A stretch of 64,000 nt of DNA, taken from positions 1-64,000 of IMG/VR virus record IMGVR_UViG_3300025652_009361. One strand, 5' to 3'. Made by a program: the position numbers and the translations under genes. The first letter of the stretch is position 1, and each line of letters starts with the position of its first letter. The stretch comes from a virus. The notes under the pieces are model-generated. The model ran no database searches and was not told the DNA's origin. It worked only from the letters and a program-made list of their open reading frames with translations. Shown in pieces: positions 10,464-21,253 of the stretch.

Positions 10464-11364
10464 GATCTAAATAATATTGAATATCGACACTCCACAACCG
10501 ATCCCCCAAATAAAGAAGTCTCGGTATAATGTCTAAAGATTTTTCTCTGTTTCCAGTAAAAATAAATTGAACGTTTCTTGGGTACTTATGACTTAAGCAC
10601 CTCATATTATGAAATACATATTCTAAACTTGTCTTTCTTCTAAATTTCTTGTGATTAGATTTTATTTTATCAATAGTAGTTTCTATAACCACAAACAAAT
10701 AACTATTTAATTGAACAGCTTTCTCAATTTCTCTCTCAAAACGCGAAACACCAGAAGCTAAAGTCCCTAAAAAATCTGTTTCACTTTTTCTATCAATGTA
10801 AGTATAAGTATAGTCGCCATCATTGTTTATATAGTCCCCAATATATAACTTTTCTTTTTTAGTTTTTTTAAAAGGTAATGGATCCTGTTCTCTTGTGTCA
10901 ATTAAGATTTCAAACTCTGGAATTTCTTTGTCATAAAAATCAAATGGCATGGGCCTGTTAAAAAGAGGCTCTTCATTTATCTCTTTACAAGCTTTACTGT
11001 AAGATTTAAAATGTTTTTTAAAAATATTAACTGGAGGCAAACCTAAAGTTTTTAATTCATTATGAAACGGGGCGTATTCATATTTTTTATCTTCAATTCT
11101 TTTCGATAACAGCTCCAAACATTTTGTTTTCACTAAAACCGAGGCAGCATTTTTTTCCCATATAAGAAATTCATTTAAGTCAATAAACTCTCTTTCAAAA
11201 TAATCTTTTTTATTTGTAAACGGAATTTGTTTTTTATAATGCAGTGAATACCTTGGATAATACCTGCAATAATATTCGGCCTGATAAAGGCCATGTTTTT
11301 TTAAATGAGCATGAAACGATTTATCAGATTCAAATTCTTGATTACATATTTGACACTGATTCAT
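10444..11364 (-). CDS. C2H2 zinc finger + ERCC4-type nuclease
   Basis: N-terminal CxxC...HxxxH; IDTREQ, GDY and IDRKSxxD core typical of ERCC4/XPF nucleases. Confidence 0.75.
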   Translation of the reverse strand: MNQCQICNQEFESDKSFHAHLKKHGLYQAEYYCRYYPRYSLHYKKQIPFTNKKDYFEREFIDLNEFLIWEKNAASVLVKTKCLELLSKRIEDKKYEYAPFHNELKTLGLPPVNIFKKHFKSYSKACKEINEEPLFNRPMPFDFYDKEIPEFEILIDTREQDPLPFKKTKKEKLYIGDYINNDGDYTYTYIDRKSETDFLGTLASGVSRFEREIEKAVQLNSYLFVVIETTIDKIKSNHKKFRRKTSLEYVFHNMRCLSHKYPRNVQFIFTGNREKSLDIIPRLLYLGDRLWSVDIQYYLDHELGDR

Positions 11365-12431
11365 ATAGCATCTTCTTTGGACACACCTAAAATCCTAGCT
11401 TTCCAAGAAGACATAGATTCAAATTTATCAGCTTCCTCCTGAATAGCTTGTTTCTGTAAATCAGCTATTTGAATCATCATTTGCCTTTCTTTTTCGTCTT
11501 GAAAAAGTTCAACTAGATTCAAAATAGAAGCATTCTTCTGATGATGCTTGTCGATTCTTTTAGCTCTTTCGCCATTTAATTTTTGAATGCTCTGATCAAT
11601 GCGCTTAGCGCATTGGTTATACTCCTCACTTATAGTTTTTAAAATTTCTGTGAGACGAATCGTTAAATCATTTTGCTCTTGAGTTTCATTAAACATTTCA
11701 TTAACTTTATTTTTCTTTATATCAATTTGTCTCAAATTAATATAATCCATGCAAACATTTATATATAAGTTTATTTCATCTATCGTCAGATCCGGCTTAT
11801 CCCAAATAGACCGAACGAATTCCGCCTCAAAAAGATCCTTATCACTAGAGCTTCCGTATGAATCATAGTTTCCAACAAAGCGTGGGCTTGCTAAATAAAC
11901 TAATAATTTTTCTAAAAATTTTCTATGCTGCAATGAAAGTTTTTCTTCGTTCAGGTTCTGCCCACACCATTTATTTACTTTATTTAAAACGGTTTTTAAA
12001 GATCGGGGCACAGAATATTTTTGATTAACTCCCGATTCTGACTCAACTAAAAATTGAGGGTATTTTTCTTTTATGTATTTATGTACCGCTCTGTATTCAG
12101 CAGTAACATGAATATTTAAATTCTCAACGCCTTGAAACTTTTGATTAAAAATTAATTCAGTTATCTGTTTGGGACTCATACCCGATTCAACATTCTGATC
12201 TATAAATTCAGATTGAGCTTCAGTTAAAATTTCTTTGACATGAGAAAATCTAGCTTTCTTTTTCTTTTTTATAAGCCCTACTTCTACGAGATAATCCCTG
12301 ACAAACCTAGATTCTTTTGATCTACCAGTTAGATTTTCTTTATTGTGCAAAAGGTTAGCTATGACCACATAGTCATTCAAACCTTCTTCAATTTTTTTAT
12401 TGATAAAAATTTTGTCTTTTTCACTTAACAT
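11361..12431 (-). CDS. Hypothetical coiled-coil protein (possible terminase small subunit)
   Basis: 356-aa helical ORF two genes upstream of terL; function inferred from position only. Confidence 0.45.
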   Translation of the reverse strand: MLSEKDKIFINKKIEEGLNDYVVIANLLHNKENLTGRSKESRFVRDYLVEVGLIKKKKKARFSHVKEILTEAQSEFIDQNVESGMSPKQITELIFNQKFQGVENLNIHVTAEYRAVHKYIKEKYPQFLVESESGVNQKYSVPRSLKTVLNKVNKWCGQNLNEEKLSLQHRKFLEKLLVYLASPRFVGNYDSYGSSSDKDLFEAEFVRSIWDKPDLTIDEINLYINVCMDYINLRQIDIKKNKVNEMFNETQEQNDLTIRLTEILKTISEEYNQCAKRIDQSIQKLNGERAKRIDKHHQKNASILNLVELFQDEKERQMMIQIADLQKQAIQEEADKFESMSSWKARILGVSKEDAI

Positions 12432-12432
12432 G

Positions 12433-13146
12433 TCATGATGAAAACAAATCGTTTTCCTTTATTATGGTTTTTGCTTTTTCATAAAGCATTTTTTTTAAAT
12501 TTTTTATTTGTTTATATCCAGCTTTTCTTCCACTCTCATTTGTTTTAAACTTTAATATTTTAGCGACATCTTCATCATTTAAATTATCAATAAAAAACAT
12601 TTTATATATAAAGAACTGTTTGTTAGTTAAAGCCCTTTTCATTAACGAATGCAATTTTTGCTCAGCAGAAGCGTAATCCTGAATACTAGATCCCTCAAAG
12701 CTCATATAATAATTCTGATGATTCTCTAAACTAACAGTCATCTTTATATCATATGCTGGTTTTTTTAATTTTTCCCATTTAGCATATAAAGGGCATTCAT
12801 TACATTGAGTTTTGCTTGGTGTAAAACCGCATGAGTTTTCATAAACTATTTCAATACCTTTACTAGTATTAAATGGACATGATAAACAAGGTTTAGCGAA
12901 AGAAGTATAATTATTACGTATAATATTTCTTATCTGATTTGTAGCTATCCTGTTAACCCAAGGTTCTATAGGCCTAGACTGATCCCAAAGATGCCATTTT
13001 TTATAGATGTGTAGTTTTATTACCTGTTCAATATCTTCAAAATCAAACCAAGTTATCGCTCTAAGCCTCCATTTAGATCTTCTTTTTTTTATTACTTCAT
13101 CAATTTTTTCATACATTTCTTCAAAATTTTTCTTTTTAACTTTCAT
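12433..13146 (-). CDS. Phage sigma70-family factor with Cys-rich insert
   Basis: Region-2-like FEDIEQ...LWDQSRPIEPWVNRIATNQIRN and C-terminal HTH (LNDEDVAKIL); CxxC...C...CxxC insert. Confidence 0.65.
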   Translation of the reverse strand: MKVKKKNFEEMYEKIDEVIKKRRSKWRLRAITWFDFEDIEQVIKLHIYKKWHLWDQSRPIEPWVNRIATNQIRNIIRNNYTSFAKPCLSCPFNTSKGIEIVYENSCGFTPSKTQCNECPLYAKWEKLKKPAYDIKMTVSLENHQNYYMSFEGSSIQDYASAEQKLHSLMKRALTNKQFFIYKMFFIDNLNDEDVAKILKFKTNESGRKAGYKQIKNLKKMLYEKAKTIIKENDLFSS

Positions 13147-13498
13147 CTATATCTTTTATTACCCTAGGAGCACATTCTTTTAATGATTGAGCTAAATATT
13201 CTTCGCGAGTTAAATCTTGAACCTGATCTACAGGTCTATCTAACCTATCAGAATTACCTACAGGAGATGCATTAAAAAGTTCTTTTGCGCTAAATTTATT
13301 ATTACCTCCATCTTGTATTTCATATGCTAATCTAGAAGGCCTCCTGAAAGAACTATCTTCTAATTCTATTTGTGGATTTACCTCTTGAATCACTTTTTTT
13401 TGTGGAGCAAAACTGGATAAAGCGTTACCACACGAAGAACAAAATTTAGAACCTGCGCTGCTTTTAGCTCCGCATTGAGAACAATAAATAATACTCAT
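13136..13498 (-). CDS. Zinc-ribbon protein
   Basis: YCSQCG...FCSSCG double zinc knuckle. Confidence 0.7.
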   Translation of the reverse strand: MSIIYCSQCGAKSSAGSKFCSSCGNALSSFAPQKKVIQEVNPQIELEDSSFRRPSRLAYEIQDGGNNKFSAKELFNASPVGNSDRLDRPVDQVQDLTREEYLAQSLKECAPRVIKDIDES

Positions 13499-13521
13499 TG
13501 ATATATTATATGTGATTTAAT

Positions 13522-14253
13522 TCATTTATCTAATTTCTTAAATACGTTAACTATATATTTTAATATTTCGCTTCTAACAATATCTTTTTCATCAAATTCA
13601 AAACAGTGAATACCTTTACTTTCACTTTCTTCGCTTTTAAATAAATCGTATATTTTAGTGAATCCAGATTTCATGCCAATGTCTGACTGCATTGAATCAC
13701 CACAAATAAACATCTTGGTTCCCTCTCCTATACGTGTTAGAAGTGTCACAAGCTCCTTTGTGGAGTAGTTTTGAGCCTCGTCTGCTATGATTACCTTATC
13801 GTTCCATGTAGCGCCTCTTAGGAAGTTTACAGGGAACGCCTCTATATATCCTTGATCTTCTAAATATTTAGATTGGGTAACTGGAAGTAATTCGTCTAAC
13901 TTATCGTACAACGGCATCATGAATGGATTAAATTTTTCATCCACAGTTCCGGGTAAAGAGCCTAGACCTCTTTCTCCCGCTTCTGCTATTGTTCTGATAT
14001 ATTTTATTTCATATTTTGGATTTGAATTTAGTAAATGTAATGCGCAATAAACTGATAAAAACGTTTTTGATGAACCTGCTACCCCATTAATAAAGATTAT
14101 TTTCGTATCATGCCGGAAAGCTAACTCCACTAAACTTTTTTGTTTTTCTGTTAAATCAAATTTGTTGATTTTCAGTTTAACTTGTCTGAATACATTGTCG
14201 TCTAAAACTTCTTTTATTGTCCCTTTTGGTTGCCTACGTTTTTTTGTTGACAT
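13522..14253 (-). CDS. phoH: PhoH-family ATPase
   Basis: GVAGSSKT, LGSLPG, FLRGATW, DEAQN, LTRIG, GDSMQSD, DIVRS motifs. Confidence 0.93.
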   Translation of the reverse strand: MSTKKRRQPKGTIKEVLDDNVFRQVKLKINKFDLTEKQKSLVELAFRHDTKIIFINGVAGSSKTFLSVYCALHLLNSNPKYEIKYIRTIAEAGERGLGSLPGTVDEKFNPFMMPLYDKLDELLPVTQSKYLEDQGYIEAFPVNFLRGATWNDKVIIADEAQNYSTKELVTLLTRIGEGTKMFICGDSMQSDIGMKSGFTKIYDLFKSEESESKGIHCFEFDEKDIVRSEILKYIVNVFKKLDK

Positions 14254-14281
14254 ATAGTAAAATATATTACACTATATATGT

Positions 14282-15340
14282 ATGATTTTCCACTGTTTAA
14301 GTGTCCCTTATACCCCCACTAAAAAAGAAGTGTCCTTGTGCGCTTTTACTCAAAAAGTCTATAAATTTTGTGAAGAAATGACCAAACGTGGCCATACAGT
14401 ATATCATTATGGGCATGAAGATTCTGAAGTCACATGCACAGAGCACATAACCGTAACAAACAATGAAATTTTAAAAAAAAGTTATCAAGATTTAAATATT
14501 TGGAAAACAGAGGGCTTTAATCAAAGCGTTCACACCGAAGCTGTAAAAATTTTTAATGAAAATTGCATTAAAGAATTAAATAATAAAATAAAATCTCCAA
14601 ATGAATTTATATTATGCTGGTTTGGGTTTGCGCATGAACCCTGCGTCAAAAATTTTAAAAACAAAGCAATAATTGTGGAACCCAGCATCGGATATGATTC
14701 AATGTTTGCTGAAATTAAAATGTTTGAAACTTATTCACAAATGCACAAACTCCATGGAGCGTCAAAAACAAATGTGCATTTCAATAAAGAATTTGTAGTT
14801 TATCCCGGCTTCAAAAAAGAAGATTTTTTATTTAAAAAACAGAAATCTAATGCAGCTCTTTTTCTAGGTAGAATCACAGACGAGAAAGGAGCTCAAGCTG
14901 CATATGATATGTGCAACGCAGCTGGTCAAGAAATATATTTTGCGGGACCAAACACACTAAAACTTAAAGATACAAAATATTGCAAGATGCTTGGTTTTGT
15001 AGAACCAGAAGAAAGAAAAAAACTATTGTCTGACGCCAAATTTTTATTAGCTCCAAGTTTTTTTGTCGAACCATGCAACTGGACAGTGATAGAAGCTCAA
15101 TTTTCAGGCACACCAACTATAACGACAGATTTTGGAGGGTTTACTGAAACAGTTAAGCAGAGTTATACTGGATTTAGATGCTCGACATATCAACAATTTA
15201 ATTTCGCGATAAGAAAAGGGTTTAAAGAAATTGAGCCTGAAAATTGTCTAAAAAATGCGACCCATAATTTTACCATAGAGATACAATGCAATCATTATGA
15301 GATGATATTTAGTCAAATCACACAACAACTCCATTTATAA
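14282..15340 (+). CDS. GT-B (GT4-like) glycosyltransferase
   Basis: FLGRITDEKG, EP...IEAQFSGTPTITTDFGGFTE. Confidence 0.85.
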   Translation: MIFHCLSVPYTPTKKEVSLCAFTQKVYKFCEEMTKRGHTVYHYGHEDSEVTCTEHITVTNNEILKKSYQDLNIWKTEGFNQSVHTEAVKIFNENCIKELNNKIKSPNEFILCWFGFAHEPCVKNFKNKAIIVEPSIGYDSMFAEIKMFETYSQMHKLHGASKTNVHFNKEFVVYPGFKKEDFLFKKQKSNAALFLGRITDEKGAQAAYDMCNAAGQEIYFAGPNTLKLKDTKYCKMLGFVEPEERKKLLSDAKFLLAPSFFVEPCNWTVIEAQFSGTPTITTDFGGFTETVKQSYTGFRCSTYQQFNFAIRKGFKEIEPENCLKNATHNFTIEIQCNHYEMIFSQITQQLHL

Positions 15341-15953
15341 TTATTTCAGTATAATAATCTTTGTTACCCCAATAATATTCAGAAATGTCATAACCATCAG
15401 TTGAGTAAAGTCTAAAATCAACTGAAGAATCATTTTTTAATTTATCCATCATTTCGTAAACTTCACTTCTTGGGAAATAATCGTTGCCAGCAAAATGAAT
15501 TTCACCAGCAAATTTTTTTACATTTTTCTTAAATAAGTCATAATGAGTTACTAAAAATGTTTTCTCGTAACTTTCTATATCAAATTTTAAAAAATCAATT
15601 TTTCTATTTAGAAATTCCAACAAAGAAGGAAATGTTATAGAACTCACCTTTTGTTTTTGATCCTCATCATAAAAAGACCAATTAAAATCTTGGACTTGTA
15701 AGCTTTCACTAATAAAAGCGTTTATAATAAGGGGCTGTCTTTTGTCTTCTAAATTATCATAAAAATCATTTATACAATTTACGCTAGCATCCAACCCAAC
15801 ATAAACAATATCTTTATCATAATTCTTAAAATAAAATGGACCCTGAGAGCACCCCAGATCCAGAACAAAGTCTCCGTCATTAACGTCAATAAATTTTTGA
15901 TATTGATTATGTTCAAATATTTCTTTATATGTAGAAGCGTGAATATTTTTCAT
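15318..15953 (-). CDS. FkbM-like methyltransferase
   Basis: VLDLGCSQG and IDFLKFDIESYE. Confidence 0.75.
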   Translation of the reverse strand: MKNIHASTYKEIFEHNQYQKFIDVNDGDFVLDLGCSQGPFYFKNYDKDIVYVGLDASVNCINDFYDNLEDKRQPLIINAFISESLQVQDFNWSFYDEDQKQKVSSITFPSLLEFLNRKIDFLKFDIESYEKTFLVTHYDLFKKNVKKFAGEIHFAGNDYFPRSEVYEMMDKLKNDSSVDFRLYSTDGYDISEYYWGNKDYYTEIIINGVVV

Positions 15954-18900
15954 AAATTATTTTCTTTTCTTAATAAATTAATTTTATTTTTTACCATTTC
16001 AAAAGATATTTCCTTTGTACACTCAAAATTTTTGTTTTCGGGACACCAAAGCCAATTCGAGGGCTCAAACTGAAAAGAATCATTATTCCAGCATCCGTTA
16101 CAAACTTTTTCATTTATAACTCTGTAAGGGCTAGTAAACTCAGCATAAGGCTTAGAGAATCCCGATATCATCACCACTGGTTTTTGGCAAGCCCAAGCCA
16201 ACCAAGATAGACCCGAACCTAAACCAATAAAAAATTCACAATTGTATAAATCGTCGATTCTGTCTTGTAAACTTATGTCTCCAGTTTTATCTATACAATC
16301 ACTTGGTATTGTGTTTTGATTACCCTTTATTCCAAAAGTTTTATGTTTATCTATACAAACAACGTCATAACCCAAAAACTTTAAATAATTTACAACTTTT
16401 TTCCAACCGTTTTTATTATTCCAATACTTAGCTTGAGCTGTGGATTGAGTAGCTATGCAGACATATTTTTTAGAAAAAGACGAAGGTCGGCTCTTTTCTA
16501 TTAAAACAGTTTTTTCTTCCTCATAAGGGATATCTAAAATTTTACATGCAACTTCTTGCAAAGAGTTGTTATGTGAAGTTGGTATGTCATAATGTAATTC
16601 TATAATAGAATCTTTAGATTCAGGTTTCTGATTGTAATCGAAAAAGTTTATTAAATCGTACTTATCTTTATTGAAAATTTGCTTATGAGGACTGTAAAAA
16701 TTAACTTTAGTTTTATTAAGTTCAGCGTATCTCTGAACCATAGGTACCCAAGCTATACAATCCCCTAAACTTCCTGATTCATTTACTATGTCTACAGTAT
16801 TCTCCGGCGAAGGTAAAATGTCATTTTCAACAGTATTATAAAATTCATGTTTGACTTTAGTTGATAAATTTTTTACAATTATTTTAACTCGCTCGTTGAT
16901 TTCATCACAACCTGCCCACATACCATTATTTATAGTAGTTCGATAAACTATAAAATTATCTTTTTCTTTTACAAAAGAAACTTCGTAATCAAACTGGTCG
17001 CTGCCACTTATCTCTATTTTTGGCTTAGGGTTAAAAGTTGCATTGAAAATGTTTTTATCAGGCAAAGCAAAAGTTTTGATTTGGACATTATGGGCTTTAT
17101 CCATGTTATCTAAAATATAGCTCTTTAAATTATCACCATTTATAAAATTAATTAATTCTTCGTTTTTGTATTCACTTCTTAAAGTCTCTATATCTGAGAT
17201 AAAACAAGGCATGTTCCATGATAAAGCTTCTTTAATTGATATGGGATTGAGCTCTTTATAGGACGGTAAAACAAAAAGATCCATTGCTGCCATATAATCC
17301 CCTACATTATCTCTTTCATCATGAACCACACAATTAGGAAGAGCTTTCATTTCTTCCGTTAATCCACAGTCATTATAAAAACATGTGTTACCAATAAAAT
17401 GAAATTGAACGTCTTGGTTTTTTAATTGACTGGCTAGCTCATATAAAAATTTTTGATTTTTATTGCTATGAAAAAGAGCTACATTTAAAACATGATAATA
17501 ATTGGGATTCAGACCTAATTTAATCAAGCTAGAGGTTCTGTCTGGTTTAACTTTCTTTTCTACTTTCATGTCAACTAATTTAGACGACACATTTAAATTA
17601 CATAAGTTTTTATGAAAAGATGAACAAAAATGAAACGCATCGGGGATTAATTTTTTGTCGTTAAAGTCGAACTCAGAAGTGTGACAGGTTTCTAAGATTT
17701 TAAAACTTCTGTTTTCATCATATAGAAAGTTTTTTATGTCGTCAGTCAGTTTTTTTAAACTGAATATTTCAGCTAGCTCGTTTAAATGTATTTCATCAGG
17801 ATTATAATCTTTTATAAAGTCAATAAGCTTTTGCGATTTTTCATCATATTGTTCATCGCTTTGCCTTAGATGACCAAAAGATAAAAAGTTTTGCTCACCA
17901 ACTAAATCAATTATACAATTTCTGTGAACAACATAATCTCCATAATAACAGTATTCAACAACTTTAACATCATAGCCTTGCGACTTTCTTTTATTTATTA
18001 ACCAAAGAAGGTATGCGGGTGAACCACCAGTAGAAAGATGTGGAGCCAAAAACAAAATCTTTTTACTTTTTGAGGGTGTAATAATTTTTTCTATACAATC
18101 TACAACATTTTCAACTGGAGGATGACAATCGAAAGAACTCCTGTCTTCTAAACAATTTATAAGCGGCGGCACTCCTTGGATTGTTCCCCACTCTTTAATT
18201 CCATGTTTAATATCAGAAGCGCAGAAAGCTTCACAGGAACCTGAAATATAATCATACTTATATGATTGAGAATTTTTTCTAAATGGAGCTCTTAACTTAT
18301 TGTTTATGGAAGATCCTAATTGAATAATATTTGTATCTGTTGTTCCTGCTAAATGGAGTAAACCCGAATCCATTGTGACAAATGCCTTCGCTTTATTTAT
18401 AACATTCCAACATTGAGACAGTGTTAATTTATTTGTTAAATCAATACCTAAATTAACATTTATGTCAATTGTTTTTTTATCTATTTCAAAAAAACCTCTT
18501 TCATGACTGTTTTTTCCAACTAAAACTACAGGTATATTTTTAGATGTTAATGTTTTAGTTAATTCTTCCCAATTCTTTTTTTCGTAAGTTCTAGAAGGCC
18601 AAGTCGATCCCACATGTAAAGCTATATAATCTTCGGGAAGATCATCTATGGCCTCACTCTCTTCAGGAATAAAATCATATTCCATTTCCGATTCACTTAA
18701 ACAAAAACCTAAATCTAAAGCGTGAAACTGTCTTATATCAATTGTGCTATGTTTTTTTTCTATACCTCTCTTGTTTTTACCGCCTATATCAACAAAAGTT
18801 TCAAACACTTCTTTAGCACTCTTTCTTAAATTCAATGTCCTTAAATCATCAAAAGAAAATGTTTTGTTAACATACGGATTGTTTTTAAATAATTCTGGAA

Positions 18901-19894
18901 CATGAGTAACTACATTAATTTTACTCTCGTAAACAAAACTTAGTTTTCTTAACGTAGGCGTTGCAGCTAATGTATCACCTAAAGAGGAAGAATGAATCAA
19001 AAGATAAAACTGTTTCATATTTTCTTTTATTTTATTATAAACAGAATCACTGCATTTCCCATGAAAAAAATGTAAATTTTTCATAGAACCTTTTGATGGT
19101 ATAGTACAAAAAGAAGTAATCCTTTCCAAAGAGTCTTTAGGATTGTCTAATTTTTTCAACATTAAATCAACATCACCTATTTCTTCTGGTATGTTTATTA
19201 AAACTCTATCTAAGCTCTGAACATTTTTTATTTTCCATAATAAACAATTAATTACAGTTTCTTCATGAAAAGGGGTTAAATATTGCCAGTTTTCTAAAAT
19301 TAAATCCGAATAACATAATTTTTTCCACTCTTCTAAAAAATGAGAGCATTTTTCATCAAAAATAAAAACTCCTGTTTGTAAATAACTAGCAGTACGAATA
19401 TTTACGTCTAAACCAAGCTCATTCAATAAAGGCGCTTCCAAACATAAAGATAAATCTACTCCATTAGTGGTGAACGGATTACCTCTCCCACTATGTAACA
19501 TGAATTCTTGACAACCTAAATTCAACAACGGATAATAGCTTATATTTTCAAATTTACCAAAAATTAAATCACAGTCATGTCTCGCTATACAATCAGCATC
19601 TATGTAACAAAAACGATTTTCATTTCTAAAATCCTTTAAAACTTCTAGAACAATTATAGGCTTCAAAAAAACAAAAAAAGCTTTATCAACAAAGCTAGAA
19701 CTTTTTTTATATAAAGCGGAAGTAAAATTATCTGAGTTTAATCTTTGCGGTATTACATTGTCAAATTTATTTTTGTAATCAAAATCAATAGTATAAAATA
19801 TAATCTTATAATCTGAAAATAATTTTAAGCTTTCAAAAAGCCTTTCAGCATGTTTTAAAAAGTCTTTATCACAATGAGTAACAAAATAGTTCAT
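15950..19894 (-). CDS. Multidomain glycosyltransferase (GT-A + GT9 + GT4 + TibC/Aah-like heptosyltransferase)
   Basis: YIDAD (GT-A); SLGD...DSGLLHLAG (GT9); PHLSTGG...ELNPISIKEAL (GT4); SLGDCIAW...GLGSGLSWLAW...CNGCWN...WCP...FECTK (autotransporter heptosyltransferase type). Confidence 0.8.
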   Translation of the reverse strand: MNYFVTHCDKDFLKHAERLFESLKLFSDYKIIFYTIDFDYKNKFDNVIPQRLNSDNFTSALYKKSSSFVDKAFFVFLKPIIVLEVLKDFRNENRFCYIDADCIARHDCDLIFGKFENISYYPLLNLGCQEFMLHSGRGNPFTTNGVDLSLCLEAPLLNELGLDVNIRTASYLQTGVFIFDEKCSHFLEEWKKLCYSDLILENWQYLTPFHEETVINCLLWKIKNVQSLDRVLINIPEEIGDVDLMLKKLDNPKDSLERITSFCTIPSKGSMKNLHFFHGKCSDSVYNKIKENMKQFYLLIHSSSLGDTLAATPTLRKLSFVYESKINVVTHVPELFKNNPYVNKTFSFDDLRTLNLRKSAKEVFETFVDIGGKNKRGIEKKHSTIDIRQFHALDLGFCLSESEMEYDFIPEESEAIDDLPEDYIALHVGSTWPSRTYEKKNWEELTKTLTSKNIPVVLVGKNSHERGFFEIDKKTIDINVNLGIDLTNKLTLSQCWNVINKAKAFVTMDSGLLHLAGTTDTNIIQLGSSINNKLRAPFRKNSQSYKYDYISGSCEAFCASDIKHGIKEWGTIQGVPPLINCLEDRSSFDCHPPVENVVDCIEKIITPSKSKKILFLAPHLSTGGSPAYLLWLINKRKSQGYDVKVVEYCYYGDYVVHRNCIIDLVGEQNFLSFGHLRQSDEQYDEKSQKLIDFIKDYNPDEIHLNELAEIFSLKKLTDDIKNFLYDENRSFKILETCHTSEFDFNDKKLIPDAFHFCSSFHKNLCNLNVSSKLVDMKVEKKVKPDRTSSLIKLGLNPNYYHVLNVALFHSNKNQKFLYELASQLKNQDVQFHFIGNTCFYNDCGLTEEMKALPNCVVHDERDNVGDYMAAMDLFVLPSYKELNPISIKEALSWNMPCFISDIETLRSEYKNEELINFINGDNLKSYILDNMDKAHNVQIKTFALPDKNIFNATFNPKPKIEISGSDQFDYEVSFVKEKDNFIVYRTTINNGMWAGCDEINERVKIIVKNLSTKVKHEFYNTVENDILPSPENTVDIVNESGSLGDCIAWVPMVQRYAELNKTKVNFYSPHKQIFNKDKYDLINFFDYNQKPESKDSIIELHYDIPTSHNNSLQEVACKILDIPYEEEKTVLIEKSRPSSFSKKYVCIATQSTAQAKYWNNKNGWKKVVNYLKFLGYDVVCIDKHKTFGIKGNQNTIPSDCIDKTGDISLQDRIDDLYNCEFFIGLGSGLSWLAWACQKPVVMISGFSKPYAEFTSPYRVINEKVCNGCWNNDSFQFEPSNWLWCPENKNFECTKEISFEMVKNKINLLRKENNL

Positions 19895-19919
19895 AAACTG
19901 ATCTTACTAATGCCATAGC

Positions 19920-20954
19920 TTAAAAATTTAAATAAAATTCTTTATCAAAAATAATCTCTTGATTTTTCTTTGACACGACTCTATAAAATATCTCATCAGC
20001 AACAGGTTTTTGCGATTTGATAAAAAAATCAACATCTGGAGTAATTGTTAAATTTGTCGTAAATAATAATTCCCCTTTGTCGTCATAAATATTAAAATCA
20101 AAATTATCATTTGTTTTAGTATTAACCACATAAAAACAGTGCTCATCTCTTTTATATATGATATCAAAAATAAAATCATTTTCTTTATTAGTTTTATGAA
20201 CAACAGGCATAGGCAAACTCCTGCTATCATAAAAATCTTTATTAAAAATTAATTTATTTTCTGAATTATATTTGAAAATACACCTACAACCCTCTGGTCC
20301 ATTATATTTTCTATTTTGGTTAATAATTTTATCTGAAGTCCGTGGATCAGTCTCCAGCCAAGAATAATGGTCTACAAAAGCTGTATTTTTAGGGATTATA
20401 ATTTTATTTATATTATTATCAGTAGTTAGTCCATTTTTGTATCTAACATAACAATCAAAATAAAAGTCTTTAACACCTTCATGCCTATCAACCCAAAACG
20501 CAACAGATTTACTAAAACCATCTTGCCAGTAAGGGTATTTAAAAACATAATTCTTAAATTGAATATCATAGATGTCAAAATGTTCATTTTCATTAATAAA
20601 GTCAATAATTTTTAAAATTTGTTCTTTTGTATAGCATTCATCAGCGTCTACAACCCATATCAAATCCACATTTCGGTCTAATGCGAAATTCAGCATGTAA
20701 TTTCTACCTTGTTCTTCGGTCCATAATTCTCCAGTGCCTGATGAATGTAAAAGAAAATCTAATTCTTTACCTATTAACTTTAAAAGCGAATGAGAACCTT
20801 TAGCATCGTTTTTATCTTCCGGTGAAAGACTATATCTGCCGTTTGTTGCGGCTAAGATTAACCCCAACTTATCTTTTAACTCTAACCAAGGCTCAAAAAC
20901 CTTATCTATGTGAGCAGCACAATTATATGCAGAAAATAATACTCCTATCTTCAT
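19920..20954 (-). CDS. GT2-like glycosyltransferase
   Basis: SAYNC N-terminus, RN, WVVDADE motif. Confidence 0.7.
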   Translation of the reverse strand: MKIGVLFSAYNCAAHIDKVFEPWLELKDKLGLILAATNGRYSLSPEDKNDAKGSHSLLKLIGKELDFLLHSSGTGELWTEEQGRNYMLNFALDRNVDLIWVVDADECYTKEQILKIIDFINENEHFDIYDIQFKNYVFKYPYWQDGFSKSVAFWVDRHEGVKDFYFDCYVRYKNGLTTDNNINKIIIPKNTAFVDHYSWLETDPRTSDKIINQNRKYNGPEGCRCIFKYNSENKLIFNKDFYDSRSLPMPVVHKTNKENDFIFDIIYKRDEHCFYVVNTKTNDNFDFNIYDDKGELLFTTNLTITPDVDFFIKSQKPVADEIFYRVVSKKNQEIIFDKEFYLNF

Positions 20955-21253
20955 TCTTCTTGTTTTATATGTTCATTAATAACAGTAGTAAAGAAAGTAG
21001 TAAATCCTAAAGCTTCAATACTATCGCACACTTTCATATTAGACACATACCTACCAGCAAACTTACATGAGAAAAATTTACCATCTGCATCAGGGTCTCT
21101 GACTTTCTTATAAAAATCCTCAGATTCTAATACCACCACTTCCGCTGCAGACATATCTTCGGTGTACTCATCAAAATCAACCGAATCATAGTACACCCCT
21201 TCATCGTCAGGAATCGCAGCCCGTTTTTCCCGGCTTTCATCTAGGTATACCAT
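20951..21253 (-). CDS. Hypothetical acidic protein (start uncertain; track start 21322)
   Basis: Overlaps the GT2 start by 4 nt; the MVYLDES start is more plausible than the track start. Confidence 0.5.
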   Translation of the reverse strand: MVYLDESREKRAAIPDDEGVYYDSVDFDEYTEDMSAAEVVVLESEDFYKKVRDPDADGKFFSCKFAGRYVSNMKVCDSIEALGFTTFFTTVINEHIKQEE

